Shown here: piece after piece, positions 8,889-18,178 of the stretch
Layout: each line of letters opens with the position of its first letter
Numbering within the stretch: position 1 is the first letter of the stretch
NCBI GenBank assembly: GCA_963639765.1
Contig: CAVHXA010000011.1
Span: forward strand, 1 to 57,754
Direction of reading: 5' to 3'
Length of the DNA stretch: 57,754 nt
Source: Oscillospiraceae bacterium
Lineage (GTDB): Bacteria; Bacillota; Clostridia; Oscillospirales; Oscillospiraceae
Notes under the pieces: model-generated
Told to the model about the DNA's origin: nothing
Seen by the model: the letters and a program-made list of their open reading frames with translations, nothing else
The model's database searches: none
Position numbers and translations under genes: made by a program

Positions 8889-8924
8889 CGGGGGAGCCAG
8901 AACAGCTCCCCCGATTTGTGTTTG
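8889..8924. terminator. intrinsic terminator between convergent flotillin (+) and radical-SAM (-) genes
   Basis: Stem CGGGGGAGC (8889-8897) / GCTCCCCCG (8905-8913), 7-nt loop, then ATTTGTGTTTG. A T-rich tract (GGATCTGTTTCGGG) also lies on the minus side. Confidence 0.6.
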
Positions 8925-9123
8925 CAGGAGTATACAGATGCGTCTGTGGATCCCGATAGATTTTTTGCGGGAACCGCATTTGAAAAGCACAAGGGCAATA
9001 TCACAAAATTTGTCTGCGGTGCTGTCCAAAGTTTTCCGCCTGTTTTCAACGGGAAATCCCCGGACTCCGCTTTCGGCGCGGGACTGCTTTTCTGTCTGGC
9101 ATAGGACCACCGGCTCTTGCACG

Positions 9124-9993
9124 TTACAGGCCTCTGGCCCACTCACTGCGAATGCCGACGGTTCCGTGAATGGCCCCGTCCAGCAGAGCCAGAAGCCTTT
9201 CCCGATCCTGCTTCAGAGTGCCCTTTATCGGAAGATAATTTGAGGCGTGATCGCTCGTGAAATGCAGGTTGTCGTAATCGATGGCCGCGACGAGATCCCG
9301 GGTTTCCTGCAGACTTTCTTTGGCACTCAATACGGAAAAGCTGCCGGATACAACCTCCTGATAGAGCTTTGTTCCGCGTACGGGCGTGTAGTTCATGCTC
9401 GACAGATGTTGCGGCTGCATGGCGTTGATGATCTGAGCAGTTTTCTGAATGTGCTGTGCAGAGCCGTCACGCCCGCCAAGGCCGATGAGGATGATCCCCC
9501 ACAGGTCAATAGCAGCTTCTTTTAGACGCAGACCGGCCTGCAGCATCTGTGCAGCGGTTACACCTTTGTTTGTGTGTAAAAGCACGGCATCATCGCCGGA
9601 CTCAATACCAAGATAGGCCCGATCAAGGCCGGCTGCGTGAATTTCCTGCAGTTCCTGCAGAGATTTCGACAGCGTGCTTTTCGGACCGGCGTAAGTCGAA
9701 ATCAGACGGGCCTTTGGGAACCATTTTTTCAGCTCCTCGAGCACGCGAATCAGATCTGCGGTTGGCATGACAATCGGATCGCCATCTGCAATAAAGATTT
9801 TTTCGTATCCGCGATACATACAGGCTGCCTCACGGATATCGGCAAGAATCTCTTCTGTAGGCTTGATATAAAAGCGCTTGCCTTTATACATCCCGCAAAA
9901 AGTACAGCCATTATGGCTGCAGCCGACTGTAGCCTGCAGGATAAAGCTTCTTGCTTCACCGGGTGGACGATAGACCGGTTCGACATATTCCAT
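9124..9993 (-). CDS. radical SAM protein, Elp3/YhcC-like (TIGR01212-type)
   Basis: The CSHNGCTFC cluster (GCTFC as in YhcC), then ...IFIADGDPIV... and a TIM-barrel region. The start is placed at ATG 9993 (MEYVEP) with an AAAGGA RBS. The called ORF begins at GTG 10032. Confidence 0.75.
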   Translation of the reverse strand: MEYVEPVYRPPGEARSFILQATVGCSHNGCTFCGMYKGKRFYIKPTEEILADIREAACMYRGYEKIFIADGDPIVMPTADLIRVLEELKKWFPKARLISTYAGPKSTLSKSLQELQEIHAAGLDRAYLGIESGDDAVLLHTNKGVTAAQMLQAGLRLKEAAIDLWGIILIGLGGRDGSAQHIQKTAQIINAMQPQHLSSMNYTPVRGTKLYQEVVSGSFSVLSAKESLQETRDLVAAIDYDNLHFTSDHASNYLPIKGTLKQDRERLLALLDGAIHGTVGIRSEWARGL

Positions 9994-10012
9994 TGTGTTG
10001 TCCTTTCCGCCC

Positions 10013-10213
10013 TCAGGGCATATCTTTTTCACTGCGGTCCGGCTTAATCTGTCTGATGTTCCGTTCGGCTTTTGAGCGGGAAATGAGTATTTCGTGGCCG
10101 CAGCCCAGACATTTCAGGCGAAAATCCATTCCTACCCGCAGTGTTTTCCATTCTTTGCACCCGCAGGGATGCGCTTTTTTCATGACCAGGATATCACCGA
10201 GCTGAACATTCAT
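10013..10213 (-). CDS. DUF951 family small protein
   Basis: MNVQLGDILVMKKAHPCGCKEWKTLRVGMDFRLKCLGCGHEILISRSKAERNIRQI. GGAGGA RBS 6 nt upstream. ATGA overlap with the rarA stop. Confidence 0.75.
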   Translation of the reverse strand: MNVQLGDILVMKKAHPCGCKEWKTLRVGMDFRLKCLGCGHEILISRSKAERNIRQIKPDRSEKDMP

Positions 10214-11520
10214 GGTACTTCCTCCAAGGTATTGGTTTTGCCGGAAAGCAGAGAGTCGGCGGATTCCATGACGTTTTTCCAATATTGCTCAGCTGCCTGC
10301 TCGAGCTTGCTGCTGCCGTAGGCATAGTAGTGCCGGTCTTTCAGCTCGTCCGGCAGATACTGCTGACGGACCCAGTGATTGGGAAAGTTGTGCGGGTAAA
10401 TATAACCCTGTTCACGTTCAAAGCCGGTTCCGTCCGCATGGACATTTTGCAGATGTCGGGGAATGCTGCCGGCTTTTCCGCTCCGCACATCTGCGATTGC
10501 CGCATCGATTCCAAGCACAACGGAATTGGACTTTGGTGCCGTTGCCAGCAGCAGGGCAGCCTGGGCCAGCGGAAGTCTGGCCTCTGGCAGACCAAGCTGC
10601 AGGGCGGAATCTACGCAGGATTTTACAATGCTGACGGCCTGCGGATAAGCAAGCCCGATATCCTCACTTGCCGAACACAGAAGTCTCCGACAGGCACCCT
10701 GAAGATCTCCGGCTTCCAGCAGCCGCGCAAGATAGTGCAGGGCAGCATCCGGATCGCTGCCCCGAAGGGATTTCATCAGTGCGGAAACCACATCATAGTG
10801 CATATCGCCGTCTGTGTCATAATGCATGGCGGATGGCTGGCAGAGGGTTTTTGCATCCTCCATTGTGATGGAAATGATACCGTTCTGCGTTCTGGAGGCA
10901 TGAAACAGAACCTCAACTGCATTCATGGCCTTGCGAATGTCGCCTCCACAGCCACCGGCAAGGCGGGCTGCAACACCGTCTTCGAGCTTCGCCGAAACGC
11001 ATAGCTTGCGCTCTAAATAGGAGACAGCCCGGTTTACGGCGGGCAGGGCGTCTGCAGCAGTAAGCTGTTTGAATTCAAACACGGTGCTTCGACTGAGAAT
11101 GGCCTTGTATACATAGAAATACGGGTTTTCGGTAGTGGAGGCGATCAGCGTGATTTTTCCGTTTTCTATGAACTCCAAAAGGGATTGCTGCTGTTTCTTT
11201 GTAAAATATTGAATTTCGTCCAGGTATAGAAGAATTCCGTTTGGAGACAGAAAGGAATCGATCTGGCTGATAATCTGCTTTATATCGGCCGTTGATGCTG
11301 TGGTTGCATTCAGCCGATGCAGAGTACGGCTGGTACTTTTTGCAATGATGTTGGCAACCGTGGTTTTCCCCGTACCGGACGGACCATAAAAAATCAGGTT
11401 TGGAATTTCACCCGACTCGATCAGTCGCCGAAGCAGACCGCCGGGCCCTAAAATATGTTTCTGACCGCACACTTCGTCCAGAGTTTGCGGACGCAGTTCA
11501 TCTGCCAGCGGCTGATACAT
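10210..11520 (-). CDS. rarA: replication-associated recombination protein A (AAA+ ATPase RarA/MgsA)
   Basis: Walker A GPSGTGKTT, Walker B LLYLDEIQ, and the MgsA C-terminal helical domains. Start at ATG 11520 (MYQPLADEL) with an AAAGGAG RBS. Confidence 0.9.
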   Translation of the reverse strand: MYQPLADELRPQTLDEVCGQKHILGPGGLLRRLIESGEIPNLIFYGPSGTGKTTVANIIAKSTSRTLHRLNATTASTADIKQIISQIDSFLSPNGILLYLDEIQYFTKKQQQSLLEFIENGKITLIASTTENPYFYVYKAILSRSTVFEFKQLTAADALPAVNRAVSYLERKLCVSAKLEDGVAARLAGGCGGDIRKAMNAVEVLFHASRTQNGIISITMEDAKTLCQPSAMHYDTDGDMHYDVVSALMKSLRGSDPDAALHYLARLLEAGDLQGACRRLLCSASEDIGLAYPQAVSIVKSCVDSALQLGLPEARLPLAQAALLLATAPKSNSVVLGIDAAIADVRSGKAGSIPRHLQNVHADGTGFEREQGYIYPHNFPNHWVRQQYLPDELKDRHYYAYGSSKLEQAAEQYWKNVMESADSLLSGKTNTLEEVP

Positions 11521-11591
11521 AATGGATGTCTCCTTTTCGGGAAGTAGCGTCGCCGGACGGAATTGCGGGCAGACCCGTATTTGTTCCGACC

Positions 11592-11630
11592 GGCAGCACG
11601 CTTGCATGGTGCTGCCTGTGTTTTTTTGTT
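11592..11630 (+). terminator. terminator-like hairpin + T-tract in the rarA/nth divergent intergenic region (plus-strand sense)
   Basis: GGCAGCAC (11592-11599) / GTGCTGCC (11609-11616), 9-nt loop, then TGTGTTTTTTTGTT (11617-11630). It sits upstream of an extended -10 TGaTATACT (11639-11647) for nth. Confidence 0.4.
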
Positions 11631-11678
11631 TGTATGTGTGATATACTTGCGCAGAATGCTTTGAGGAGGTAAGGAAGT

Positions 11679-12311
11679 ATGCAGGCTTCACTTCGTGCGC
11701 CGGCTGTAATAGCTGCACTGAAAGATGCTTATCCAGAGGCTGTCTGCGCCTTGAACTACACAAAACCCTATGAGCTGCTGATTGCGGCGCGGCTGTCTGC
11801 ACAGTGCACGGATGTCCGCGTCAATCAGATCGCGCCGGAGCTGTTCTCACGATATCCAAGCCTGGAGGCTTTTGCCAATGCAGATATTGCGGAGCTTGAA
11901 CAGGTGATTCATTCCTGCGGCTTTTTCCGGACAAAGGCACGGGATATCGTTGGCGCGTGTCAAATGCTACTGCGTGATTATGACGGTCAGCTGCCGGACA
12001 CAATGGATAGGCTGCTGAAACTTCCCGGCGTAGGCAGAAAAACTGCGAATCTTCTGCTGGGCGACATATTTGGTCGTCCTGCCGTGGTCTGCGATACGCA
12101 CTGTATCCGGCTTTCAAATCGAATAGGCCTGGCGCAGGGGCAGAATCCGGAAAAGGTTGAGCAGCAGCTCCGGGATATTCTTCCGCCGGACGAGAGTTCT
12201 GACTTCTGCCACAGACTGGTTTTGCACGGCCGAGCCGTATGTACCGCACGAAAACCGGACTGTGCGCGCTGCACACTTGCACAATACTGCAAAACCGCTT
12301 CCGGAGAATAG
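11679..12311 (+). CDS. nth: endonuclease III (DNA glycosylase/AP lyase, HhH-GPD with 4Fe-4S loop)
   Basis: HhH motif LPGVGRKTANLLL. FCL Cys cluster C-x6-C-x2-C-x5-C at the C-terminus. GGAGGT RBS. Confidence 0.95.
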   Translation: MQASLRAPAVIAALKDAYPEAVCALNYTKPYELLIAARLSAQCTDVRVNQIAPELFSRYPSLEAFANADIAELEQVIHSCGFFRTKARDIVGACQMLLRDYDGQLPDTMDRLLKLPGVGRKTANLLLGDIFGRPAVVCDTHCIRLSNRIGLAQGQNPEKVEQQLRDILPPDESSDFCHRLVLHGRAVCTARKPDCARCTLAQYCKTASGE

Positions 12312-12349
12312 AGCAGGATCGCAACGCCGAAAGGCCTCTGCATATCGGC

Positions 12350-13066
12350 CTATTGTGCAGGCTGATCAGAATCGCTGCAGTAAAAATACCCAACGCCCCG
12401 TTTGGTTTTTATGTGAACCGGTTTGCCCGGGTCGTCTTCTATTTTTTCGCGAAGACGCCGGATGGTGACATCTACTGTGCGCATATCACCGTAGTAGTCG
12501 TAGTTCCAGACATTAGACATCAGATTCTCCCGGGTAAAAACCCTGTCGGGCGCGCTGAGCAGATACTGCAGAAGATCATATTCTTTTTGCGTCAGGTCTA
12601 TGGTTCGACCGTTTTTCAATACGGCATATCGATTGGTATCGAGCGTGAGACCGGCAGACGGATTCTGCAGGACTTCGGGTCGGGTGGCCGGAGCAGCTGT
12701 GTCAATGCTGCGGCGACGGATATTTGCCTTTACGCGTGCCATCAGTTCGCGCATGGAAAAGGGCTTTGTGATATAGTCGTCGGCGCCGGTTTCCAGACCA
12801 AGAATTTTGTCGTTCTCCTCTTCGCGGGCGGTAAGCATGATAATTGGAATTGTCTGCCCCTCTTCGCGAAGGATGCGGCAGACATCAAGACCGCTGAGCT
12901 TTGGAAGCATAAGGTCCAGCAGCATCAGATCCGGGTCTTCGGAGCGCGCCAGGGCCAGACCGGCCTCACCATCCAGAGCTTCAAGGGTAATGTAGCCTTC
13001 TTTTTTGAGATTGTATTTCAGAATTTCTACGATAGAGCGTTCATCGTCTACAATTAGAACAGTCAT
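12350..13066 (-). CDS. OmpR-family response regulator (REC + winged-helix), no cognate histidine kinase in the window
   Basis: LIVDDE, the phospho-acceptor in LLDLMLP, T in IMLTA, K in YITKPF. C-terminal OmpR wHTH ...RTVDVTIRRLREKIEDDPGKPVHIKTKRGVGY. Confidence 0.9.
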   Translation of the reverse strand: MTVLIVDDERSIVEILKYNLKKEGYITLEALDGEAGLALARSEDPDLMLLDLMLPKLSGLDVCRILREEGQTIPIIMLTAREEENDKILGLETGADDYITKPFSMRELMARVKANIRRRSIDTAAPATRPEVLQNPSAGLTLDTNRYAVLKNGRTIDLTQKEYDLLQYLLSAPDRVFTRENLMSNVWNYDYYGDMRTVDVTIRRLREKIEDDPGKPVHIKTKRGVGYFYCSDSDQPAQ

Positions 13067-14607
13067 GGTGCCTCCTTTTTGCCTGATTGCCCCCGCAGTG
13101 CCTGCAAAGCCGGGGAAAGAACGTCATAGAACAGCTGCGCGGTCTGCTGACTGTAACCTGTATTAAACCAGCCTGCTGCTTCAAGCTTCATCCGTCCAAA
13201 TCGAGCGGAAAATTCCCGACCCATTCCAAGTCCTTCGGCCCAGGGGAGCAGCCGATAATAGTACATGGGATCCTGACGAAGAGAAGAACGCAGATGTTCG
13301 GCCGGAACGGTAAGGATATACCTGCGAAAACTGAGAACCTGATTGAGAACATCCAGACCCTGCCGAGTGCGCGGTTCGCCAAAAGCACTTTGCAAACCGA
13401 CAAAAACCTGGAGAGCAAAGGAAAAAATCAGCATCCAGGCACCCTGAATCAGCCCAACAAGCCCCACAATACCCCAAAGACAGAGAACACCGATCCACTG
13501 GGCTCTGGACTGCGTAACCTGAATAACGGAACGTGCCGAACAGATCTGCAGATATATTCCGGCAACCAGCCCACACGGCAGACACAGAAGACTCAGGAGA
13601 GTCCATCCGGTACCCTGCGGCAAAAGGCCGCGAATGAGCGGTACAATCGCCAGCCCCAGAGCCAGCGCTGCAAGCAGCTGCAGAAAGATCATGGGACCGC
13701 GTCTGCGATCAAAGAGAAGGCGGCGCCAATCGCGCCGGATCTGCTTGCGGGCGGAAAGCCAGGCACGGTGAAATGCGGCATCGGGAAGCTGACACGTGGA
13801 GCCCTGAGAAAACAGCACGCCAAACAGCCACCGCTCAGCATCGGTTCGTTCATTTCCCATTGCCATGCGTCGGCGCAGAATAACCTGCTGGTTTTTGTAA
13901 TAAAGGGTCAGATACCCGGCTGCTGCCCATTCAAGCACAAGTGCGGCCGGGTCCGGCTGTGCGCCGTTCAGCAGGAAGGGAAGGCTGCCTGCCGTGGCTC
14001 CGTCGGGTGGAAGCGGGCGCATACGGATTTGAACAGATCCGTTTCGGCATCGACGCAGCCAATAGACAAACGCGGAAGCTGCGGCTGCCAGTGCAAGCAA
14101 GTTCAAAATCCCCCGAAACGAGAGAAGATAGCGGCCCATTGCATTTGGCACCGAAAAATAGCCGTCTTCGAAAGAAAGCTTTACGCAAAAGGAATCATAG
14201 GCCATAACTCCGCCGGGTACGGATCCTGTAATTTCATTTCCATGCACGTCAGAGGTGATGTCCTGCCCGGACAGCTGGCCATAGTATCCGCTTTCAAAGA
14301 TCGGAGAGCCGGAAAACTCCTCCGGCAGAATCAGAGAAAAGCCGAAGTCGGGAATATCCCAGCCCCAGTGTGAGCTCAAAAGATCAAGGGTTATGGTAAC
14401 GGCATTGCTGTCCGGAAGAGTTGACGGGGATGACCAGGTGATGTGAAATTGCCGTTTGCCGCTCAGAGCGTCGGTGCCTGTCAGAGTTAAAAGCGTGTTT
14501 CCCGCATCATCAAGACTGAGACTGTGGCGAACTCCGGAAATTTTCAGGCCGGAGACATCGCCGGGCAAGGCAAGAATAACGTTTTCTGTATCGTCCGGCA
14601 GAGACAT
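13063..14607 (-). CDS. DUF2207-family membrane protein; N-terminus probably mis-called or disrupted (see finding)
   Basis: 514-aa ORF with internal TM helices and the DUF2207 architecture. ATGA overlap with the response-regulator start. No signal peptide in the called ORF and a weak RBS. Confidence 0.7.
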   Translation of the reverse strand: MSLPDDTENVILALPGDVSGLKISGVRHSLSLDDAGNTLLTLTGTDALSGKRQFHITWSSPSTLPDSNAVTITLDLLSSHWGWDIPDFGFSLILPEEFSGSPIFESGYYGQLSGQDITSDVHGNEITGSVPGGVMAYDSFCVKLSFEDGYFSVPNAMGRYLLSFRGILNLLALAAAASAFVYWLRRCRNGSVQIRMRPLPPDGATAGSLPFLLNGAQPDPAALVLEWAAAGYLTLYYKNQQVILRRRMAMGNERTDAERWLFGVLFSQGSTCQLPDAAFHRAWLSARKQIRRDWRRLLFDRRRGPMIFLQLLAALALGLAIVPLIRGLLPQGTGWTLLSLLCLPCGLVAGIYLQICSARSVIQVTQSRAQWIGVLCLWGIVGLVGLIQGAWMLIFSFALQVFVGLQSAFGEPRTRQGLDVLNQVLSFRRYILTVPAEHLRSSLRQDPMYYYRLLPWAEGLGMGREFSARFGRMKLEAAGWFNTGYSQQTAQLFYDVLSPALQALRGQSGKKEAP

Positions 14608-14815
14608 GCAGACATCCAGAGCCCAGCTGTACGATCCGTTGCGGGCGATCTGACAGGAAATCTGATAGCTGCTGACTGAGATATTATCGGCCCGTACACA
14701 GATCAGGCAGAGAAGCAGGCACAGCAGAAAGCATCCTGCAGTGCGCAGAAAATGCTTGCGATTGAATGAATGACAGGCTGTTTTCGTGGCAGTTCCCTTC
14801 TTTCTGCAAAAAACT

Positions 14816-16681
14816 TCAATTGATGCGATTCACCTGACTCCTGCAGCTCTGCGGCTGAAGGTCTGCGTCAAGCAGGACATAACCGATACGGCTGAGCAGG
14901 CAGAACCGATTGCTGCCGGAGGCAAGATACCAGCTGTCTTTGCAGAGCCTGAAAGACTGAACCGGTTCAGGACCAAAATAAACACTGCATCGGAACAGGC
15001 AGACAAGTGTGTCATCCTGGACAGCCAGAAGGGGATAGCCTTGACTGATGCCTCGCCCGGAGATCAGACGGGCCCGGTCTGAAAAGGACATGCTCATGTA
15101 TTTTCTTGTGATATGTGTCGGATTTGAAACATTCAGAAGCACAAGCTCCAAACCGCTGCCACTACGTGCCGGACAGAGAGCAATCGCAACACCCTCAGCC
15201 AGAACGGTAAGATCACGGAAGTTCTGAACCTCAGCCAGAGGAGCTGAAAGAGGCTGCCCGGGATCTGATGTGCTTGCAGCGCGGAGAATGCCGTCTTTCT
15301 GCGTGACAAAATACAGGGTGCTGTCGTACAGGCCAAGAAATTCTGCCGCGTCGTTGGCCAGAACAAGCTCACCAAGGCAGGTGAGGGAATCGTCCAGCAT
15401 ATACAGACTGCTGACTGCAGAATCGGTTGGCGCGGAACTGTTGCTCCAACCATACAGAGGATCACGATAAACAGTGTTGACAGTGGTATTGAGGTTGACT
15501 CCCAGGCAGATCACACCGCTGCGATTGACCCCGATCAGGTCGGGAAGACCGCGGATGCGGCAGGAAGAAAGCAGCTGCCAGCCTGCACTGCCGTATTGCA
15601 TCAGCGCTATGCCGCAGTGCGTTTGATGTGTGGTTTCGGTTACGTTATATACGCTTTCCGTCCAGGTATCCGAAGCTTCATAGCTGATGGGCCAGGATAT
15701 AATCAAGAGGTCCTCCGAAAGCAGCATCGCCTCCGGAAGAGCTCCTGCCGCAGCAAACCATCCTTCACACAGACCGCTTTGCGTGCTGTAGTCGGAAACA
15801 ACGGTAAAGCGGGCAAGTTCCGGCCCGGATGGCATCAGGACCTGCCGAACGGGAAGCGGATAGACGTTGGCTTCGTCATAACGCGACGGAAGACGCAAAG
15901 AACCGGAATCGGGTTCAAAGTCGGTGATTATTGTCAGTCGATCCCGGCCAATATGTGCACGGATCAGCTGGCCGTCTATCGCGGAAAGACCGATAAAGAC
16001 CGGAGCGGACGGAACAGAAAGGTCGTAAAAAAGCATTGCGGTGCGTATGTCATCTTTCTGGTCTGTAAGTGCAAGCAGAACGACCAGACTGCTGTTTTCA
16101 AGCAAAAGCTGCTGCGGCTCACAGGAAAGACTCCACAGAGAGGACGGAAGAGGAATTTCGGCGGTCAGTATGCCGGAATGATAGACAACGGCTGTCTCAC
16201 GACCCAAAAGGCAGGCCAGCTCACCGCTGAGAGCGGCGCAGCTTTCTGATAACTGCGCGGGCAGTGTGTCGGGCAGACAAAGATATTCTGAGAGCTCAGA
16301 GGCCAATGTATCCGGATCGAGATCGTAGATGTTCTGTACAGGATCAACCGACGGCGGATCGGACGAGGCCTGCACGGACAAACGCTCGGCTACGGCATAC
16401 AGTGCAGACAAAACGACTGCACGACTGGATGAAAAGCTTACCGTAAAGGCCGAAAGCGCACAGTCGGATGAGGCGGTTACGGTTTTGTCGGCCAGAACGG
16501 GTTGTATTGCCTCGACTGCCTGAAGAGGCTGATCGGCTGGTACGGGCTCGTCGGTCGGTGTGGGCTGGGTTACGGAAGTTGGTGTAATCGACCACGAAAG
16601 GTTCGAGCCGGTGCAGCTGACCAGAATCAGACACAGGACCAGACTCAGGCACACGGCGCAAATGCGTTTTGCTGATATCAT
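14816..16681 (-). CDS. large secreted lipoprotein, hypothetical
   Basis: Start ATG 16681 (MISAKRICAVCLSLVLCLILVSCTG) gives a signal peptide plus the lipobox L-V-S-C. A Pro/Thr-rich linker follows, then a ~580-aa domain of unknown function. AGGAGG RBS. Confidence 0.75.
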   Translation of the reverse strand: MISAKRICAVCLSLVLCLILVSCTGSNLSWSITPTSVTQPTPTDEPVPADQPLQAVEAIQPVLADKTVTASSDCALSAFTVSFSSSRAVVLSALYAVAERLSVQASSDPPSVDPVQNIYDLDPDTLASELSEYLCLPDTLPAQLSESCAALSGELACLLGRETAVVYHSGILTAEIPLPSSLWSLSCEPQQLLLENSSLVVLLALTDQKDDIRTAMLFYDLSVPSAPVFIGLSAIDGQLIRAHIGRDRLTIITDFEPDSGSLRLPSRYDEANVYPLPVRQVLMPSGPELARFTVVSDYSTQSGLCEGWFAAAGALPEAMLLSEDLLIISWPISYEASDTWTESVYNVTETTHQTHCGIALMQYGSAGWQLLSSCRIRGLPDLIGVNRSGVICLGVNLNTTVNTVYRDPLYGWSNSSAPTDSAVSSLYMLDDSLTCLGELVLANDAAEFLGLYDSTLYFVTQKDGILRAASTSDPGQPLSAPLAEVQNFRDLTVLAEGVAIALCPARSGSGLELVLLNVSNPTHITRKYMSMSFSDRARLISGRGISQGYPLLAVQDDTLVCLFRCSVYFGPEPVQSFRLCKDSWYLASGSNRFCLLSRIGYVLLDADLQPQSCRSQVNRIN

Positions 16682-16698
16682 GAAACCTCCTGAGTACC

Positions 16699-17496
16699 CT
16701 AGAGCTGCGGAAAGGCCGGAGATTGTTTTTGATTTTTTTGATTTTTCTGATAGATCAGACGAAGACCCTTTAGGACGAGATTGCTGTCTTCGATGATGCT
16801 TCGGCGGCAATGGGGAATAACCAGGCCGGCCGTTTCACCGGTGGCAATTACGGTAGCCTGCATACCCAATTCGTCTTCGACCCGGTTGATCATGCCGTCG
16901 ATCATGCTTGCTGCTCCGAAGACCACACCGGATCGCATACAGTCTGCGGTATTGGTGGCAATCACATTTTTTGGGGCCTGTACGGTGATACCGGGCAGCT
17001 GGGAAGTTTCCTCCCGCAGGGCAGTCAGACTTACACGAATCCCGGGAGCAATCATGCCGCCGAGAAATTTGCCGCTGCTGTCTACCACGGAAAACACCGT
17101 GGCTGTTCCCATATCTATCACAATCAACGGTTTTTTGTATTCTGCCACGGCGGCAACTGCATTTACGGCAAGATCACTGCCAAGCTGACCGGGATTGTCG
17201 ATGGTAATATTCAACCCTGTTTTGATGCCGGGACCGACCACAAGTGCTCGAAGACCGGTGAGCTTTTCGATGGCGGACTGTATAACGCTGTTAAGCTGTG
17301 GAACCACACTGGAAATAATGGCCCCGGTAATGGCACAGTCTGCTCCATGCAGAACCAGCAGACTGTGAAAGTCGATGGCATATTCGTCCGAAGTCTTCTG
17401 AATGCGGGTTTCGAGGTGTGCTTTAAAGCAGACGTCTGTTTCACCGAGTCCGCCCATTGTAATAAAGGTGTTGCCGACATCCAACGCCAGCAGCAT
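16699..17496 (-). CDS. coaX: type III pantothenate kinase
   Basis: N-terminal LALDVGNT and the ASKHA fold motifs (IVIDMGTATV, GGMIAPG). 265 aa. Confidence 0.9.
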   Translation of the reverse strand: MLLALDVGNTFITMGGLGETDVCFKAHLETRIQKTSDEYAIDFHSLLVLHGADCAITGAIISSVVPQLNSVIQSAIEKLTGLRALVVGPGIKTGLNITIDNPGQLGSDLAVNAVAAVAEYKKPLIVIDMGTATVFSVVDSSGKFLGGMIAPGIRVSLTALREETSQLPGITVQAPKNVIATNTADCMRSGVVFGAASMIDGMINRVEDELGMQATVIATGETAGLVIPHCRRSIIEDSNLVLKGLRLIYQKNQKNQKQSPAFPQL

Positions 17497-17509
17497 GATG
17501 ATACCTCCT

Positions 17510-17950
17510 TCAGAACAACAGAATCAATCCGACAAGAGCAGCTGCAGCACCCACACAAATGGTGAGAATGGGCGTGAGCAGGGGATATTCCTGATAATAA
17601 ATCAGGCAATCCTCCGGATGATCGGGATTGATCATGATGTTGACAGTTACATCGGTCGGCCGCTGATCGGCCTCAAAAAGCTGATGGGCCGTGGTTTTTT
17701 CGTAGACTTTTTCGTTAAACCGGTATTGAAAAACGGGATAGAACACCCTCTGACTGATGGTCTGTGTACCTTCTTTGGTGGTTTCATAGGTTTCTTCATA
17801 GCCGGTGAGCGTGGCAACAGCACGGCCTGTATAGGGCCTGCGATGCAGCAGCTGCCGCAGCAGCAGGATGAGTCCGGTCAGAGCACACAGACTGCCCAGA
17901 GCCACAAGCACCAGACGATAGTCTATTACCATTGCGTTGATCTGATTCAT
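17510..17950 (-). CDS. small two-TM membrane protein (DUF3592-like)
   Basis: TM helices at both ends flank a ~90-aa soluble segment. Start at ATG 17950 (MNQINAMV) with an AAGGAG RBS. Confidence 0.55.
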   Translation of the reverse strand: MNQINAMVIDYRLVLVALGSLCALTGLILLLRQLLHRRPYTGRAVATLTGYEETYETTKEGTQTISQRVFYPVFQYRFNEKVYEKTTAHQLFEADQRPTDVTVNIMINPDHPEDCLIYYQEYPLLTPILTICVGAAAALVGLILLF

Positions 17951-18111
17951 AAGAAAGGGCACTCCTTGTTTTCGGTTTTACCATCGGGAAAAGAAATCGG
18001 GCAGAGTCGGTTCTTGAACCGCTGTCCATAATATACTCCATTTTTGCGAAATCGTCTACCATTTTGGACTCGACGAACGGAAGAAAGACAGACAAAAGTT
18101 TCATACAGCAG

Positions 18112-18140
18112 TTGCAATTCCAGGGGCATTTGATTAGAAT
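18112..18140 (+). promoter_or_regulatory. sigma-A-type promoter (TTGCAA-17-TAGAAT) for the oligopeptide ABC transporter operon
   Basis: TTGCAA at 18112-18117, 17-nt spacer, TAGAAT at 18135-18140. About 40 nt upstream of ATG 18179. Confidence 0.5.
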
Positions 18141-18178
18141 ATACCTGTGATTTATCCGAGAGGATTGAAACCAACACC

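Noticed and set aside
7937-9142. 401-aa ORF on the minus strand
   Set aside because: It lies almost entirely antisense to the flotillin gene. The flotillin reading frame has strong homology support. The antisense frame is open only because of the Ala/Glu/Lys codon bias of the coiled-coil region, and its product is low-complexity with no RBS.
12239-14373. 272-aa and 428-aa plus-strand ORFs
   Set aside because: Antisense to the response-regulator and DUF2207 genes. No RBS and a Lys/Arg/Gln-rich nonsense composition.
14684-14734. 16-codon minus-strand mini-ORF MLSAVPASLPDLCTGR
   Set aside because: No RBS. Best explained as the out-of-frame remnant of the DUF2207 N-terminus (see finding), not an independent gene.
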